Assembly (NCBI GenBank): GCA_964035545.1
Contig: OZ037768.1
Coordinates: 18,459,700-18,523,699 of the forward strand
From: Bugula neritina
Taxonomy: Eukaryota; Animalia; Bryozoa
DNA: 64,000 bases
Reading direction: 5' to 3'
Part shown: positions 1 to 14,240 of the stretch, in pieces
How the letters are laid out: the number at the start of each line of letters is the position of its first letter
How positions within the stretch are numbered: the stretch's first letter is position 1
Program-made: the position numbers and the translations under genes
Notes under the pieces: generated by a model
What the model saw: only the letters and a program-made list of their open reading frames with translations
What the model was told of the DNA's origin: nothing
Database searches by the model: none

Positions 1-2562
1 TCACATTTAAAACATCAAATACATTATTTTAAAAAACCAATTAAATGCAGTAAAAAATCCAGCCTGGATACAACCATTATGCTTGAATTAACTCTTATCA
101 AGAAAAGAAAATTAGGTAGCTTCTACGGTTGTTGCAAAGAAGGCACTTATCATCTTTCTACTTCCTAGGTCTTCATAACATGAGTTTACGAAGTATGGAC
201 ACATAACATCATGTATGTGGCAAAAGCTTCATCACTATCATCAGCTGATTTTCTAGCAATTATAGATGCTGCTACTTGACATCCATTCTGCCAATCTACC
301 CATCTATTGTCTATTCCAGAGCTGCAAGTACAATGTTGACTTTTTTTAAATAACAAAAAGAAACAGTAGCTTGATTAGAAATTATACCCAGTTATATTAT
401 AAAAATTTAGTTTGCTAAACACTCTTGTGGTACTATTATGGCAGCAGTTAATTGTGATCCTGCATTTCATCAACGTTTAAATTTATTGAATTAAACAGAA
501 CAATTTAAATTAAAAAAATTCTTGATAATTTTCAAGCACATCATTAAAAGACTGCAAACCTTTTTAAGAATGAAATAAGCAGAAGCCATAACCTTGCAAG
601 CCAAAATCCGGAGTGTCTACACTAGAAGTATTAGATTGAAAGGGAGTAGAGTTGTGTAGGTATAAGTCTTCACTCTAATGCCCTCACAAGTTCACTTTCT
701 GAAATGTACAGAATATCGGATTATTCTATATTAACATAATATTATCAGTAAAATTACACATTATGCACTTGAATATCTAGCATATCTGCAATTGGCAATT
801 TTGAAGCAATGTCTTTAGATAACTATTAACCACTCAGGCATTTAATAGAGTAAAAAGCTAGCTAAGTGCAACTGAATTTATTAAAAACATTTACTATAAA
901 ATCAATTTGAATTCAATAAGTTACTTTAAAATATGAATAAATATTTGCTCATCTTATAATAAAATTAAAAAGTTTAGACTATTTATGCATTCAGTTAGTG
1001 TTACTACTCACTAAATAAAGACTAAAAGTAACTCACTGAAAAACCAAGTCAGTCAACTATAGAATCATCATGAACTCGCATTAATATTTCATCATTATAC
1101 TCGTTTACATTTAGTTACATTTATCATTTCAATTTGGTTAGGCTATAGGTGATGCTTTTATCAATATGAATATGATTATCAATTGAGTTTTGACAGTAAC
1201 ACTAACTGTAAGCCTGCATAATGTGATAAAGATTTTATCATTATACTTTAAATCAAACTTTGAGCTAATTTAAAAATCACAAAAGGAACCGGTAGTTTGA
1301 CTAGTATTAGTAGGCCTAATATTAATACTAATAGTAATAGTAATCAGTAACTGTATTGACAAAATCTAAGACAGAGGCTAAAAGTTACTAAGACTAAGAG
1401 TAAGTCTAATGTAAATTGAAATATTAACTATAGAATAAATCAATAAATATAATACCATCAGTATGAGTATCAAGTTTTAAGAGCAAAGGCGAAACTCAGA
1501 GTCAGACTCAAATACTAATACAGTAATACTAATAGTAATAGTGAATTTATAATTATTAATTACTTATAGTAATAGTTATACTATTAATATTGATATTAAA
1601 AATTTAATGAGCTACATTTGGTTTTACTACCAAATACCAGTATCAGTAAAACATGAATACTATTCATTATGATTATCATTATGAGTAACCGTACCTCAAA
1701 CTGTGAGTCATAGTGAGAGTCATTTAAATAGTTACTAGTAGTAGTAGTAATATAGAATAGAATAGACTAACTCTAAGTCTAAGACATACTCCTAGTGATA
1801 GTCATAGTATAAATATTATTATTATTAAATTGATAACTACAAATAATCCTGGCAACAATTCTAAGTTAGTAGCGTAAATGATTGTTTTGAGTATAATTAC
1901 CTGTATTGTTGTGGTTTTCAAGCTTGAACGCTAAAGTTTAAGATTAAGTTTAGCATTTATCACTAAAGGGCAAAACAGCTCAGTAACTTAAAAGCTAGCT
2001 TTGGATGGAACGCGATGAAAAACTAAAACTAGCCTTCGATTTTAAATATGATGCTTCTGACAATACGAAGAAAGAGGTGTAAGCTAAATTTATTTGATAA
2101 AAAATAAATTTAGAAGATCTCACGCTATGAAAATGACTAAAATTGTCTTCTTTCTTTAATTGATAACTTCGCAAATTTTTCATCATTTAAAAAATTGAAA
2201 GCCTTAGTTACCAACTTTAAATGAAATTTTAGAGCTGAAGGAATCATCAAATGCTTACGAAAGTATGATTTTTGAAATCCTTGGATTTTTTTGTATTAGA
2301 AAAGTCTAAAACCTAAAAATTGGAAACTAATTTCAAATTTAGGTATTTCCAAATTAAACCTTCATTTACTACACTTTATAAACGCCGCCACATCCCCGGT
2401 TTTGTCGCGACTGGTCACATTTGTGCATATAACCAGTATACTTATACTTGAAAAACTACACCAGATGTAACAGCTTCAACTAGTATGCTTATGTTTACAG
2501 GATAATGAGTTACAAGATTACAGCAATATTAGCATAATATCGCGAACTGATCTGAAACTTAC

Positions 2563-5500
2563 ATAGAGATATGATAAGGTAGGTGCATCTTTAATAAGGT
2601 TAGCTACACGGCCAAGATATCTGATGTTGATACCTCTGGTGTGCAAAGACTCAGTGAGAGTCTGACCATCGACTGGAGAGAGAGTGTGATCAGAACATGT
2701 TTGTATCTAACAAATAAATAAATCACAAGAGTCAACAAACAAGTAGCAGAAAGAAGCCCGATTATTCCATCAACTTCAACACAATATAAAACTTCAAATG
2801 AATCGTCACACTCTGCTAGCAGTAGCAACTTACAAATGCAGGTATTTGATGAAAAACTAGAAACTCTGTAATTTTATTGAGCAAAGCCTTGTCAGTTTGA
2901 AGCGACTCGCTGTCAGGGTCAGCATGCGTGACCTTTGGTTGATAAAGGTCAGGGTTGAATGAGATATTAAACTCTTTATCACTGAGCGAGCCGACAGCCT
3001 TGGCGGCAGTTTTCAGCACGGTCTCCGTGAGATCAGCCTCCGTCTCTACAACCCAGTTCAATGCTGCTTTTATTATTGTCACACAAAAGCAAATTTACAA
3101 GAATCCCAACTATTAATCTCGCAAATTAAAATTTTCTATGCTGTTATTAAGTGAATGTCCATTGGCAAATAGTAAAGCAATATTCATTAGTTTCGCATTT
3201 TAGTTTTAGATTTCTTATATTCAGATAGTTTCAGCTTATCAAAAGAACCAGTAAATTATAGAAAAATTTAAATTTTATTTTATTACTTTTTCCTTGTAAA
3301 ATCTTCACAAAGCCTAAGCGGAAATTCGATTATATTTCTGAAAGTATGCATTTTAATTTTCCACAACGTAATTGGTTATTTTTGGCCAAGTTAATAACTA
3401 CCAGTAGACATCTGTGTTCCATTAGTCTCCAGCATAGTTTCCACCAGCTTTTTAGCTTCATCTGGATTATCTATTTCCGGGTTAGCCACAGTTTCATCAA
3501 CAGAGTTGCATTCAGTGGATGGTTTGTCAGAATCCACCTGGAATATCAAAAGTACAGCTGCTTAGGCTGGTTGAGAAGTGGGAAGACCTAGTCATGGAGC
3601 TCTTTGACGTGTTCCAGCAAAGATGTTAGTTGTTCCCTGCAGGCTAAATGCTAAATAAACACATGTTAGTAGGTGGTTCACTAGGCATACATACATTGTC
3701 TTTATCTGCAGCTTTAGCCTCAGCTTCTGCTTTCTGATCCATTTCCTTTTTCAGCCTTCTCTGCTCCAATAGAATAGCTGCCGTCTTCACGAAGCGCATG
3801 TACCTGACACTACAAAGGCAGAGAGATGAGTAGTGGGCATTGCACATGCTTAGCCAGATGAGTGACATTAACTTAGCAGCAGGAGAGAACACTCACTCTA
3901 CGAAGGCATCCACCAGCTCCTGGCGAAGTGTAACAAACGAGTGTCTGCTGTTCAGGGGATAGCCCGCTTTCTTCAAATCTTCTGAGATCTCCACAACATG
4001 ATTTTCGTCACCTACATTCGAGACACGAGTTGTAGGAACACAGCCCAATAAACATACACGTACCAGCATGCCGTCTCAATGGTGACGCTAAGAACTCTTA
4101 CCTATTACACTTGTTAGTCATGCTATAATGAGTTCGTAACTGTGGTAAGCTTTAAAGCGTGGCTACTCACCCTTGATATAGTTGATATCAACAGGAAATG
4201 TTCGAAGTAGATCTAATATGTACAACCGTCCATCGTTACCCACAATACCTTTACAATCAGCTGAGCTGTAGAGCTCAATTGTCTCCCCTTCATGATTTAT
4301 AACTCTGAAATCCAATATTTTATGTATAGTTATAGCACAAAACACAATATCGTAGTAGTCAACATTACAACACATATATTCTAATAGAGTTGTTCATATA
4401 AATGTTCAGCCAACGTGAGTTATTGGTTATGCAGCAACGTACTTTTATGCTCACTTAAATAATATAAAAGAGTATGGAAACACCTCTAAGGTCAGTTTAG
4501 ATGTAACAAAGATCAGAACTGGCAAACAATCATTGGGTTCTGCTGCAGAAGGTGTTGGTGGCACATGCTATTGTATTTATTGTTCATTAGCTGATATTTG
4601 ACCAGTGGTAAGCTGATGCCTCGAATAGTAATATTCAAGCATCAAACAAACAAAAGCCATTTGGCAAAGCAGCACTCAGCTCAGCACAGTGAATGGTATT
4701 AATTGATATAATTAACAAAGAATTGTCAGACTATAAAGCATTAGCACTGAGATTGTACTAACGAGTGAGGTCTGATGCGTAGACTACTGGCAGCCTTTTC
4801 AAGCAACCCTTTATATCGTTCATCAGATACTATAGTTTTACCAAAGTCTATGGAGCCCTGGACCACAGACTGCTCTTGCTCTTTCTCCAGGATACCTGAA
4901 ATCAGAATACAGTTTTACAGACTTTCTATATAACCTGTAGAATTCAGCAGACAGCCAGAACAGGCCAGCCTTGCTTTACACTTGCTTATAGCATAGCGCA
5001 GTGTGTTGAGTAGTTCACTTGGATTAGCTCTACTGTAATATTTCCACCCATATGCCTGGAACAAATTTAATCAACTGGCAAAACCAACAAAAGTCACCAT
5101 TTACCACAAAGGGGAATTCAAAGGGTTTATGGAAGTAATTTATAATTACTCCAGGCCTCTACAGACAATAGTGAAGCAAATAAAATAATTAAAATTAAAC
5201 TAATCATGATAATTTACAGATTTTTTAACAAAAAATTCCTGTATGACAAGTTTTCCTCAAGGTTAATCAAACAAGTGAAGATATCAAGAGAACAACAGCT
5301 AAAATCGCTTGCAACCTGGAAGCAATGCAATGGTGAAAAATATTTACAGTTGCTAATTTATTTTATAAGCGATTTTATATCCGGTATTGGGTTTGGGGTA
5401 TCGTACTCTAAACATTGCTTAACTCAAACAAACTAGACTTTTGACCAGAATAATCACATTAAAGTTTTCACAAGTTCAAGGCTACAGTAGTTACTTGTAC

Positions 5501-8500
5501 CCTGCAGACAAGTGAAAGTAAAGAAGCTAAGGAGTATGGTGTGGGTGAAAAACACACTTTGATCTTACATTGCGTGGCCTACGCCCTGTGTGATTTGCAA
5601 ATAATTTTGAAACGCAAGAATTTGTCAGATAGGCTGAAAATATAAATACATAACACAAGGTGAGTTTTCAACATCCTAAACCACACCATTAGTCTACATT
5701 TCCAAAATGAATTATGAGTAATTAATGCACAGGTTGGTTTAGAAATAATTAAGCATATAGCCTTAGAACCAAACTGACCTGGTATTATTGATTGAGCAGT
5801 GACCCTATAACCCCTGTAGTCCACCACAACAGTGCCAAGTGTGCACAGCCCATCAAGATCTAACTCTTGGTAAGCTTTTACACCTTGCAGATCCTTGGCC
5901 TACAAACAGTACTCAGTCTGCAGCCTATTTCAACCCAGCAGAACAAGAGGTCAAAGGCCAAGCTGATAGTCACAAATGAGACCACAATTCAATTTGCTGC
6001 TGGAAACAGTTTGCCTTAGTTCAAGAGAGAAGGGAGGGGCAGTAGTGCAAAATTTCAGCCAAGACTCATACCAAAACTCATTAAGAACTGAGGCTATAGA
6101 AATGCCTAGTTACTGCACATCAGATACTTACAAGAGAGGTGAGACCTATTCCATCAAGTCTCAATCATCAAGGCAGATGGCTGCTAATTTATTAAAGCCT
6201 TGCATTATGCTAATTGTGATGGTAGAAATTAAGTAAACTAGTAATTGGTTTAATTAAATGTTTACAAACTGTTTACCCCAGTTCTGCTAATCTATTAATT
6301 AATGCATAGGTTTAAATTACCTGTCACAACCTTGACTCTATGCTACTGATGAGATAGATACATTGGGTTGAGAGACAAAAACAGCACAAAAGAATAACAG
6401 GGAATGTGCCAATTTCTCTCTCTTTTTTATAAACTAGTTGGAATTCAAAAACATAGAAATATGACAGCAAAGTTTAGAGGAATGGAGTATTGCAGCCGAG
6501 AGAGTAGTGATAGAACGCAAGTATAACTTGAGCTCTGAAGTACAACAACTTGAGCTCTCGTGGTGATAAGATAGTATCTTACAGGGGCCACGTGGGCAGC
6601 ATAGTCCCCACCAAAGTCCTTGTAGTGGTCCTTCACATCAAAACCCATACTGAAGAATATGTTACTCCATATGAACATCTGCATCCTACAACACCAGCAG
6701 TGGCACTGTTACACACTGCATGCAGATATCACCTGCTCTATTGCAAAGCAGTATATTGCTAAATTATATTCACTAGACATATATTCACCAACAACTGCAC
6801 AAAAGTTTTGTTTTGGTCAACAAAATGTATTGAAAGCAGTCATTAAATAATAAGCACAAGTTTAAATGAATACATAATGTAACTGAACACAATAGATGCA
6901 GAGCTTATTTATCTAGGGTACTTGTATATTTAGATGAATTTCAGTAATAGGATATGCCATGAAAGGCTCAAGCAAGATTATAGCATGTCTAAGTATATTA
7001 ATGGCATAAAGTCACATGACTGCATCAAATAGGATTTGCACAAACATCATGTAACTAGAGTAATAGTCTGGGACAAGATTGATAGGCCTTGGTCAGTGTT
7101 CTCACACTTCACAAAGAACTGGGGAGGAATACCTTCATGTGTGAATTAAGAGTGTGAAAAACAAAATCAATTGAGCAACAATTTCCATTAATGTCAAAAT
7201 TTAGGTTAGTAGGGAATAGAAGTTACAGATATCGAGGCTGAGTTAAGATGGTAGGTGCAGTAATGAAGAAATTGAGAAAAGCCTGTGTTTCAGATTAGAA
7301 ATATAGCTTAAGAAGTTATGTTCTCGTGAGAGTTTAAAATGGCGTCCCAAACCAAAACTTAATAATAAAATTAAAGGACTTGGGCTATCTCAGCTTCTCC
7401 ACTACTGCTCCTAAATGAGGTTGAGATGGCGACCATAGTTTCTTTTAAATACACTTGGCCCGACAGTCAACATTGGGGCTACCACGGTGCAGCCTAGCTT
7501 ATTGAACTTACTTGGTCTCCTCTCCGGGGTTGATGGGCATAAGACAACCATCCACAACCAGTTGAGCCCCTCGAGTAGCAGCCCACACGAAATCACTGTT
7601 CACCTTGAAATGGGAACGCTCCCTGTCCACCCGCTCTGGCAGGGTCTTCTTCGGCAGCTCCTTGACTATTTGGAACTCTTCATTCCAGTCACGAGATCCA
7701 GACGGCAGGTTGTCCTCATACCCCAGTCGCCCAGTCATCAAACCTACGCAACCAAACAATTACATTAAAAATAAACTCATTAATTAGAAATTTGTACAAC
7801 TAAAATATGATGCCTGCTATCCACCACTGTGCAGTATGCACAATGTAATGAGGTACACCATCTAGCCAGAACTAGCTGCATAGGACTTCTGGTATATACT
7901 AAAAAGAGTGTTACATAACTTGAAGTGGTGGTTACATAAGTATTGGCTAATTAGTTTAGAATTGCCAGCAGTTATAACACTTTTTTGAATTATTGTTTAT
8001 TGCTAATGAGGTGGAAAATCATTACAACAGTCCAGGCAAGCTGAGGAGGTGAATAGACTTGCTCTTAGGGGCAACTGATGAAAGGATGATGAAATATGGA
8101 GGGCATCTTTGTTGAAACAAGACTTGAAGACTTGTGAGCAATTATTTTGTCATTGAATCAATGTCAACAATAGCCCATAAATAATCTATATACACACACA
8201 TGATGAATTTCTTCACCAAAAAATCATGAAGTTGCTGGCAGACAGCCGGATTTTAGTGTGTGCTCACTTTTTGACATGGAAAAGTGTTGGAAAAAGCAGC
8301 TCCCCACCCCGCCACAGGATAGAATGATACAAGATCTGCACAAACACTGTCAAAGTTACTGGTTACGCTGTAGAGTTAGAGAACATACCGTCTTCCATTC
8401 GCACTAGGTCTATGCTATGTTCAGGTTGTGGTGCCAACCAGCTGTACACTTGGTATGGGGTGGGCATCCTCTCATAGATGTGTTTAGAATATCTAAAAGT

Positions 8501-11500
8501 ATATATACAAGGAGTGTGTTAGTAACTGGTAGTGCAGCACTAACTCTTATCAGAAATGGCCATTCATATTGATACAACATGAAAACCATAAGGCATTTCA
8601 ATGCATTAAAATATTGAATACTTTAGTTTAATTTATTCAGTATGAAGCATATTGTAATTCTACAATATTATGCATAATATTATAATGGTGAAATCAATCA
8701 CAAATCTATTACTATGTACAAAGGACAGTCAGGCTTATAATTATGTGGTCGGCATAGCAGTAGTAAGGCATGACATTTGTTACTAATGAAGTAATGAGTT
8801 AACCTCTTTTTCACTACTGTTGACCAGCTGCGTTTGAAAGCAGGACTTATCATAGATAGCAAGTCCACTAGCGAGTGATGGCATGTCTTGAAATTTGGGT
8901 CTGGCTTCGGGTTGAACTCTTCCTCGGTGGTCAGGTTGATAAAGAAGCCTTTAGTGCAGGCGGTGGCGTGGAACTTCCTGTCTTCCAGCGTTGTTATTTG
9001 GAGGTAGAGCAGGTCACCGTGCAGCTTTCTATAACTGGGAGGGGGGTTCCAGTGATCATAGCTTAGTATTTTTACACATGCTGGTACCTTCAAAGTCAGA
9101 ACAAAGAAGAGGTAGTAAGAAAAAAAGTTCACACATAATAAAATAGTCATGGCGCACTAAGCAACTGCCATAACGCACTTTGTAGTTGGAATAAGCGCTA
9201 AGAACTTCCAGTTTGATGATAAATTTGGATATACTATATTCATGGCCTCATTCAAGAAGTAGCCAGAGTAAAGACTTGGTTGGTTAGATTATTAAATCAA
9301 TAAAACAGAGCTGTACATTATCCTAAACCTAACGTAAATTCTATATCGAAAATTCTATATCCGTAAATTCTATAATCTGTACAGTAACTGTCCACAAACT
9401 TCCCCTGCCCTCAACACACCTTATTCTCTGCTAGATTTGGGTGCAAAGGCAGCAATGGGCGCTCCTTGCTTTTCGGCATGATATAGTCAGGAGGGGTGCA
9501 GTCTATAGAGCCTTCTCCGGCCTTGGCCTTGCGCCCAGCATTCCCGTCACCAGACCAAATTCCATGCACAAAGCTGAGAGAAGACATGTTGGTGCCTGTA
9601 TAAGCATCTGTAAGCTCGCAGGACGTCAGTATTTCCTTAATTCTCTTGACGTGAAACCTCGCTTCTCTTACCGTGTATTGCTCTACAAGTAAGTGTGGCT
9701 ATAAATTGCAGTTATCTCCCATGCTATAATATTAATTTATTTTATAATCAAATGGTACCGAGGAAAGATAAGATAAAAAATTTGTTTATTCTTGAGTTGA
9801 TTGGTAACTACATCTAAATGTCAAGGTCAGTAAAACTAAATGTCTGCTACCAGCAAGCATATAGAGAACTAATAGGCTATGCCTTTTTTAAACAGAGTGT
9901 CATGAAAGCTACTAAAATTGTATATTAATTAAGCAGACTTTGAGGCGAATTAATGACAAGTGCACCAAATGTCTACATAAATTATTGCAAAATAACCCAC
10001 ATACTAGCGGAGTAAAGTCAAAAAAATATCAGAACCAAACAAGTATTCTTTAGCTAAACAACAAATGAAGAGATCGAAATTTAGAATAACAATGGGATGG
10101 TTCAAATAAGTATTTCACACATTGAAAAGTTGTACATATTCCACCCATGGTAGAAGCTATGCCAATGTGAACAAACGAGAACAATGAGCGCAATTATCAT
10201 AGTTGTTGTATGCAAATAAGAAAGCAAATCAAAGTTACAATGTTAGTAAAAAATAAAACAAATCTTCTACTAAAATAAACACTGACAACAATGAAATCAA
10301 AATTGCTGATCAAGTTGAAATAATTACTAGTACTTGGTCTATTGAAATTCACACAATGCCTAACAGTTAGAACAGGCTGTATAAAAAGACAGTAGCGGTT
10401 TTTGGTGCAGCTTGATGAAAGTAGAGGGATTTTGACCACGTGTCTGGTCAATATACAAGTAGAAGCATGCCGCTACTCGCTAGGCAGTTTTTAGAAGAAA
10501 TGTTTACAATTTCATCCGAAGCCCTATTAGGCTTCAACTGAAGCCTTATTAGGCTTCAACTATACATACCCTCTAGCACCTTTATTTCTGCCCCTTCTTT
10601 CATTCCTTGAATGTTCTTGAGTTCAGTGTATGCATCCAGAGTGTTGCCGTTGAGGTTGAGAGAGAAGCAGGTACGGTGGCACTGCTCCTCTGTATCCATC
10701 AACATGTTTCGTATTTCCTGTACAATCTCCTCGGAACTAACCTGTAAATTCACAATGTTGCAAAAGCATGAAAACTTATTCAGAGGAATAAAATGCTGAA
10801 CCGCAGCAAATGTGGTTCAATGTTTTGTACACAACATAAGCTGCAGCATTTGCTAGAATTTGTAGAATTGCTACAATAATTAGTAGGAGTTTTGCCTCAT
10901 ATCGGCTGCTTTGGTACAATGACACAAGGACTGGCGCCTGTTACTGTAACGGTAAGATTGGGAGACAGTGAGGTGAGATGTTCATGATAGATAGTGATGA
11001 TCCAGCACAATTACTTTTCTGTGTCTAAACTCTTATCTATATATCAGTCTAAAAATCTATATGCACACCAGAAAAAAGTAAATATTTGAAAACTTAATAT
11101 AAACACACTTCAGTAGCCTGCAACAAGTACTGCCTCTAGAGGGCTAGGATGATAGCATATTAGGAGCTGTCTACTTTCTTTACTATGCAGTCTCAACAAG
11201 AAGCCTGTGTAGCCAGTAGCAAGATATATTTGCTACCAGTTTAATGCAACAAACCATCTGTGTTTATCTCTAATTTTTTCAGGTGGTATATTTAGACACA
11301 TAATATAGACATGCAAATAGTGGCAGGTTTATTCAGGTAATTTAACAACCACTAATCAAAACTCTTGGGACTAACAGTATCATCACAAATAAACAAGACA
11401 TCAGATAAAAGTCAACAAAGCTCAGCTCAAAAGTAAACAAACTGGAGATTAAAAATCTGAGCCATCACTTTTACTGATTTAACAGCCATGAGAAAAATAA

Positions 11501-14048
11501 GGCAATATTATCAGCAAGACATATAATTAATTCCGATCAAGCAGATATCTGTAGCACACGTTACCTTAATTTCAAAAGGTTCGATCCCCGGAGCAACAAT
11601 TCGACAAGTGAAGGTCGTATCAATGACCAGCACATTTTCAGACTGAGTGCCGTCTGCTGCCTCTTTAGTTTCTGGTTCAGTCTCCTTCATCTTAGGACTA
11701 TGAGCTTCCTCACTAGAAGTTGTGTCCTCCGAAGTTTCCGAGGGAGGAGAAACAGAACCATCTTCGTCTAAACAGACAATAAGTTCCAGATGATAGACAT
11801 ACCATTTCACACATGCATTACTCACTGGCGATGGTGCCCAGAGAAGTCTGTCTACTAGTGTTGGACCAATTAACTTGAGTTTCATTAACCAAGGTGAATG
11901 CCATTTTACTTGCCAATATGTAAAATTATCCATTGAAAACCAAATACTTCAACAGGGGACATTCTATGTTATCAGCATATATGCTTTTATCGTTGCAGTA
12001 TTTGGTGAAAAATTTTAAATTGAAAAAAGGATAGGTGCAAGCATATGATAATCTGCAATTGTTGTTTTGTTCAATGCCAAATATTTAATCATTGGCCAAG
12101 CACTTAAATGTATCTAGACTGTGTTGCTTTCAAGTTAGTCTTCCATAAACATAAGTGTTGACTTAATGTAGGTCAAAAACATTTTAAACTGGCAAATTTA
12201 AAGGCTGCCAACTTCTACTTAGTACTGGGGAACTCAGGTTTTAATCGATAGAAGTTTACAAAAAAAAGCTTTGATAGATATGAATTTGTTACTAGAACTC
12301 TCTAGGACACTTGAAATAGTTTGAGATTATGATTTATAATTTTAAATTGATGTTAGCCATGAGACTTGAAAAATATTTAAAGTCAGTAAAAAGTACAGAT
12401 ACAAAATTGACAAAGCACCCAATTATGATGATACATGGAAACAGCTTCACAAGAAGTAGGTAAATCAACTTTACCAGTTAACCTCCAACATGGTGACATT
12501 ATTTACCGACGGGCCCATGCACAATGACAATGCCAGTAACACATTTATGATTACGATTGTCATAATTATTTATTGAACACCAACATGATTACATACACAG
12601 CTAGGTAAACTTCAATAATCTGCTATCACCATCACTAACTTCATATCAGTTACCAGCATGAATATCAATATATAGGTGTACACGGTAGTAGTTGTAGCTA
12701 CACTATTAGTATTATTAGTATTAGTGCTAGCAAATTAAAACTAAAATTAATACTACTACTAGCAGTAGTCTGTATAGTTATTGATAAGAAATATCATGTT
12801 TATATTGAAAGAGTCATTGTTAATCATGGTGATGATTATACTACTAGTAGTCCTAGATGCTTATTGTTATATGATAGTTATAATCATAATAGTATCATTA
12901 TTGCTATTAGTATACTAACACTAATACCAATATTCATTATTTATACTACAGCAAAACTAAAGTTAAAACTAGCATTTAGTAATTTACTTTTATTATGAGT
13001 ACAAGTATATTCATTCTTAAAAATCACTTGAAACAGCGCCGAGTTGGGGATGACTGAGTGCAGTGGTTGGAGGTCTTGAGTTCGGAGTTGGGACAACGAT
13101 GTGTGTAGAAATACTGTACCCAGTCAACCCTAACTTGGTGCTGCTTCTAGCAGGGTTGGGTAATACTAATAGTGATTTGTAATTGTATTAGTAATACTAA
13201 TAGTAATTGGTTGTAATTTGTAATTGGTGCAAAGAATGCAATTGTAAATAATTACACAAATAATGTAATCGATTTTTAGTTTTACAATTGCTAAACATTA
13301 ACATAGTTATATCTGATATGAGTGATATTAATTACTTCAAACTTTTAAAATCTTAATAAATTTTTCATACTCTTCTTACCATGCCTAGCCTACTGACTGT
13401 TACTGTTACATTTTGACTTACAGAACTTTAGTAACTGAGTTACTGTTTAACTTTAATAAAAAATTCATATTAATTCAATTTAGAATTGATCACCTTATTA
13501 ATATTAGTTATTAATATTAGTATTTCACTATTTCAATTTGTAACAGAAACAAATGAAATAAACTGTTTATCAATATTAATATAAAACAAACTGATTAAAT
13601 TTTGTGAATACAATTAGCATCAACTTCAAGTGACTGTGACTAACATTAACCAAACTAATTTTAATTTATTATTTGCTTTTGCTTTTAGTCATTAAATTTA
13701 ATCATTAAATGATTATCATTATGATTCAACAGATTATCATAATCTGTTGAATCATAATCATTATGAATATCATATATTATTATATTGATTACAAATTACT
13801 AATACTAATAGTGATTAGCCTATAGCTTCAAACTCAAGCAATTTGAATTAAATTTAACTATAATGATAATCATTAACATTGTGATTACCATAGTAATAGT
13901 GATAAGAATAAAATTAATCATTACATTTAAATTGATAATCATAAATGATAATGATAATGAATTATAAAAAAAATATTAAAAACAGTTGCTTACTGTCAAT
14001 ATGAAGACCTTTTTCCGAATTGTGAAACTGTGGTATTACACCAGCCAT
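2563..14048 (-). CDS. CLUH: Clustered mitochondria protein (clueless/CLUH), 5' 16 coding exons (840 codons); the rest of the central domain and the TPR region were not found in the window
   Basis: Phase-consistent GT-AG exons: 13994-14048 ([18 protein letters not shown], inferred first exon), 11565-11767, 10570-10741, 9420-9682, 8804-9087, 8389-8492, 7512-7743, 6583-6685, 5779-5899, 4763-4895, 4171-4304, 3897-4011, 3695-3803, 3402-3537, 2834-3045, 2563-2706. Clu family motifs: [115 protein letters not shown]. The last exon ends at a GTAAGT donor. Confidence 0.95.
7252..7417 (+). mobile_element. MITE family A (~160 bp), copy 1
   Basis: TAGGTGCAGTAATGAAGAAATTGAGA...TCTCAGCTTCTCCACTACTGCTCCTAAATG inverted ends; homologous to 32075, 44968, 57289 and 60429. 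Confidence 0.85.
13033..13146. mobile_element. Palindromic MITE family B, degenerate copy
   Basis: CAGCGCCGAGTTGGGGATGACTGAGTGCAGT...ACTGTACCCAGTCAACCCTAACTTGGTGCTGCTT. Confidence 0.75.
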
Positions 14049-14049
14049 A

Positions 14050-14240
14050 AATATAAGTTGCTTAATCAAATAATAGTAACTTTTAAAATAGCTTGAAGGA
14101 ATACAATTATAATATATAATGATTCCCCTGCTTGAAAGAATGAATGTTTAACTTCAACCCCTGATGCAAGCATGCAGCAAGCCGGTTGGTCCCACGTGGG
14201 TAGAGCTCATAGCCTCTATGGCAATATTGTTACGTAAGCA
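14050..14240. promoter_or_regulatory. Putative bidirectional promoter CLUH / PWWP gene with palindromic E-box CCCACGTGGG (14191-14200)
   Basis: A short GC-richer island between divergent genes, ~150 bp upstream of the inferred CLUH ATG. No TATA box seen. Confidence 0.55.

Noticed and set aside
2604-2828. Hydrophobic 74-aa ORF resembling a membrane peptide
   Set aside because: Wrong-frame overlap of CLUH exon 2563-2706 plus intron.
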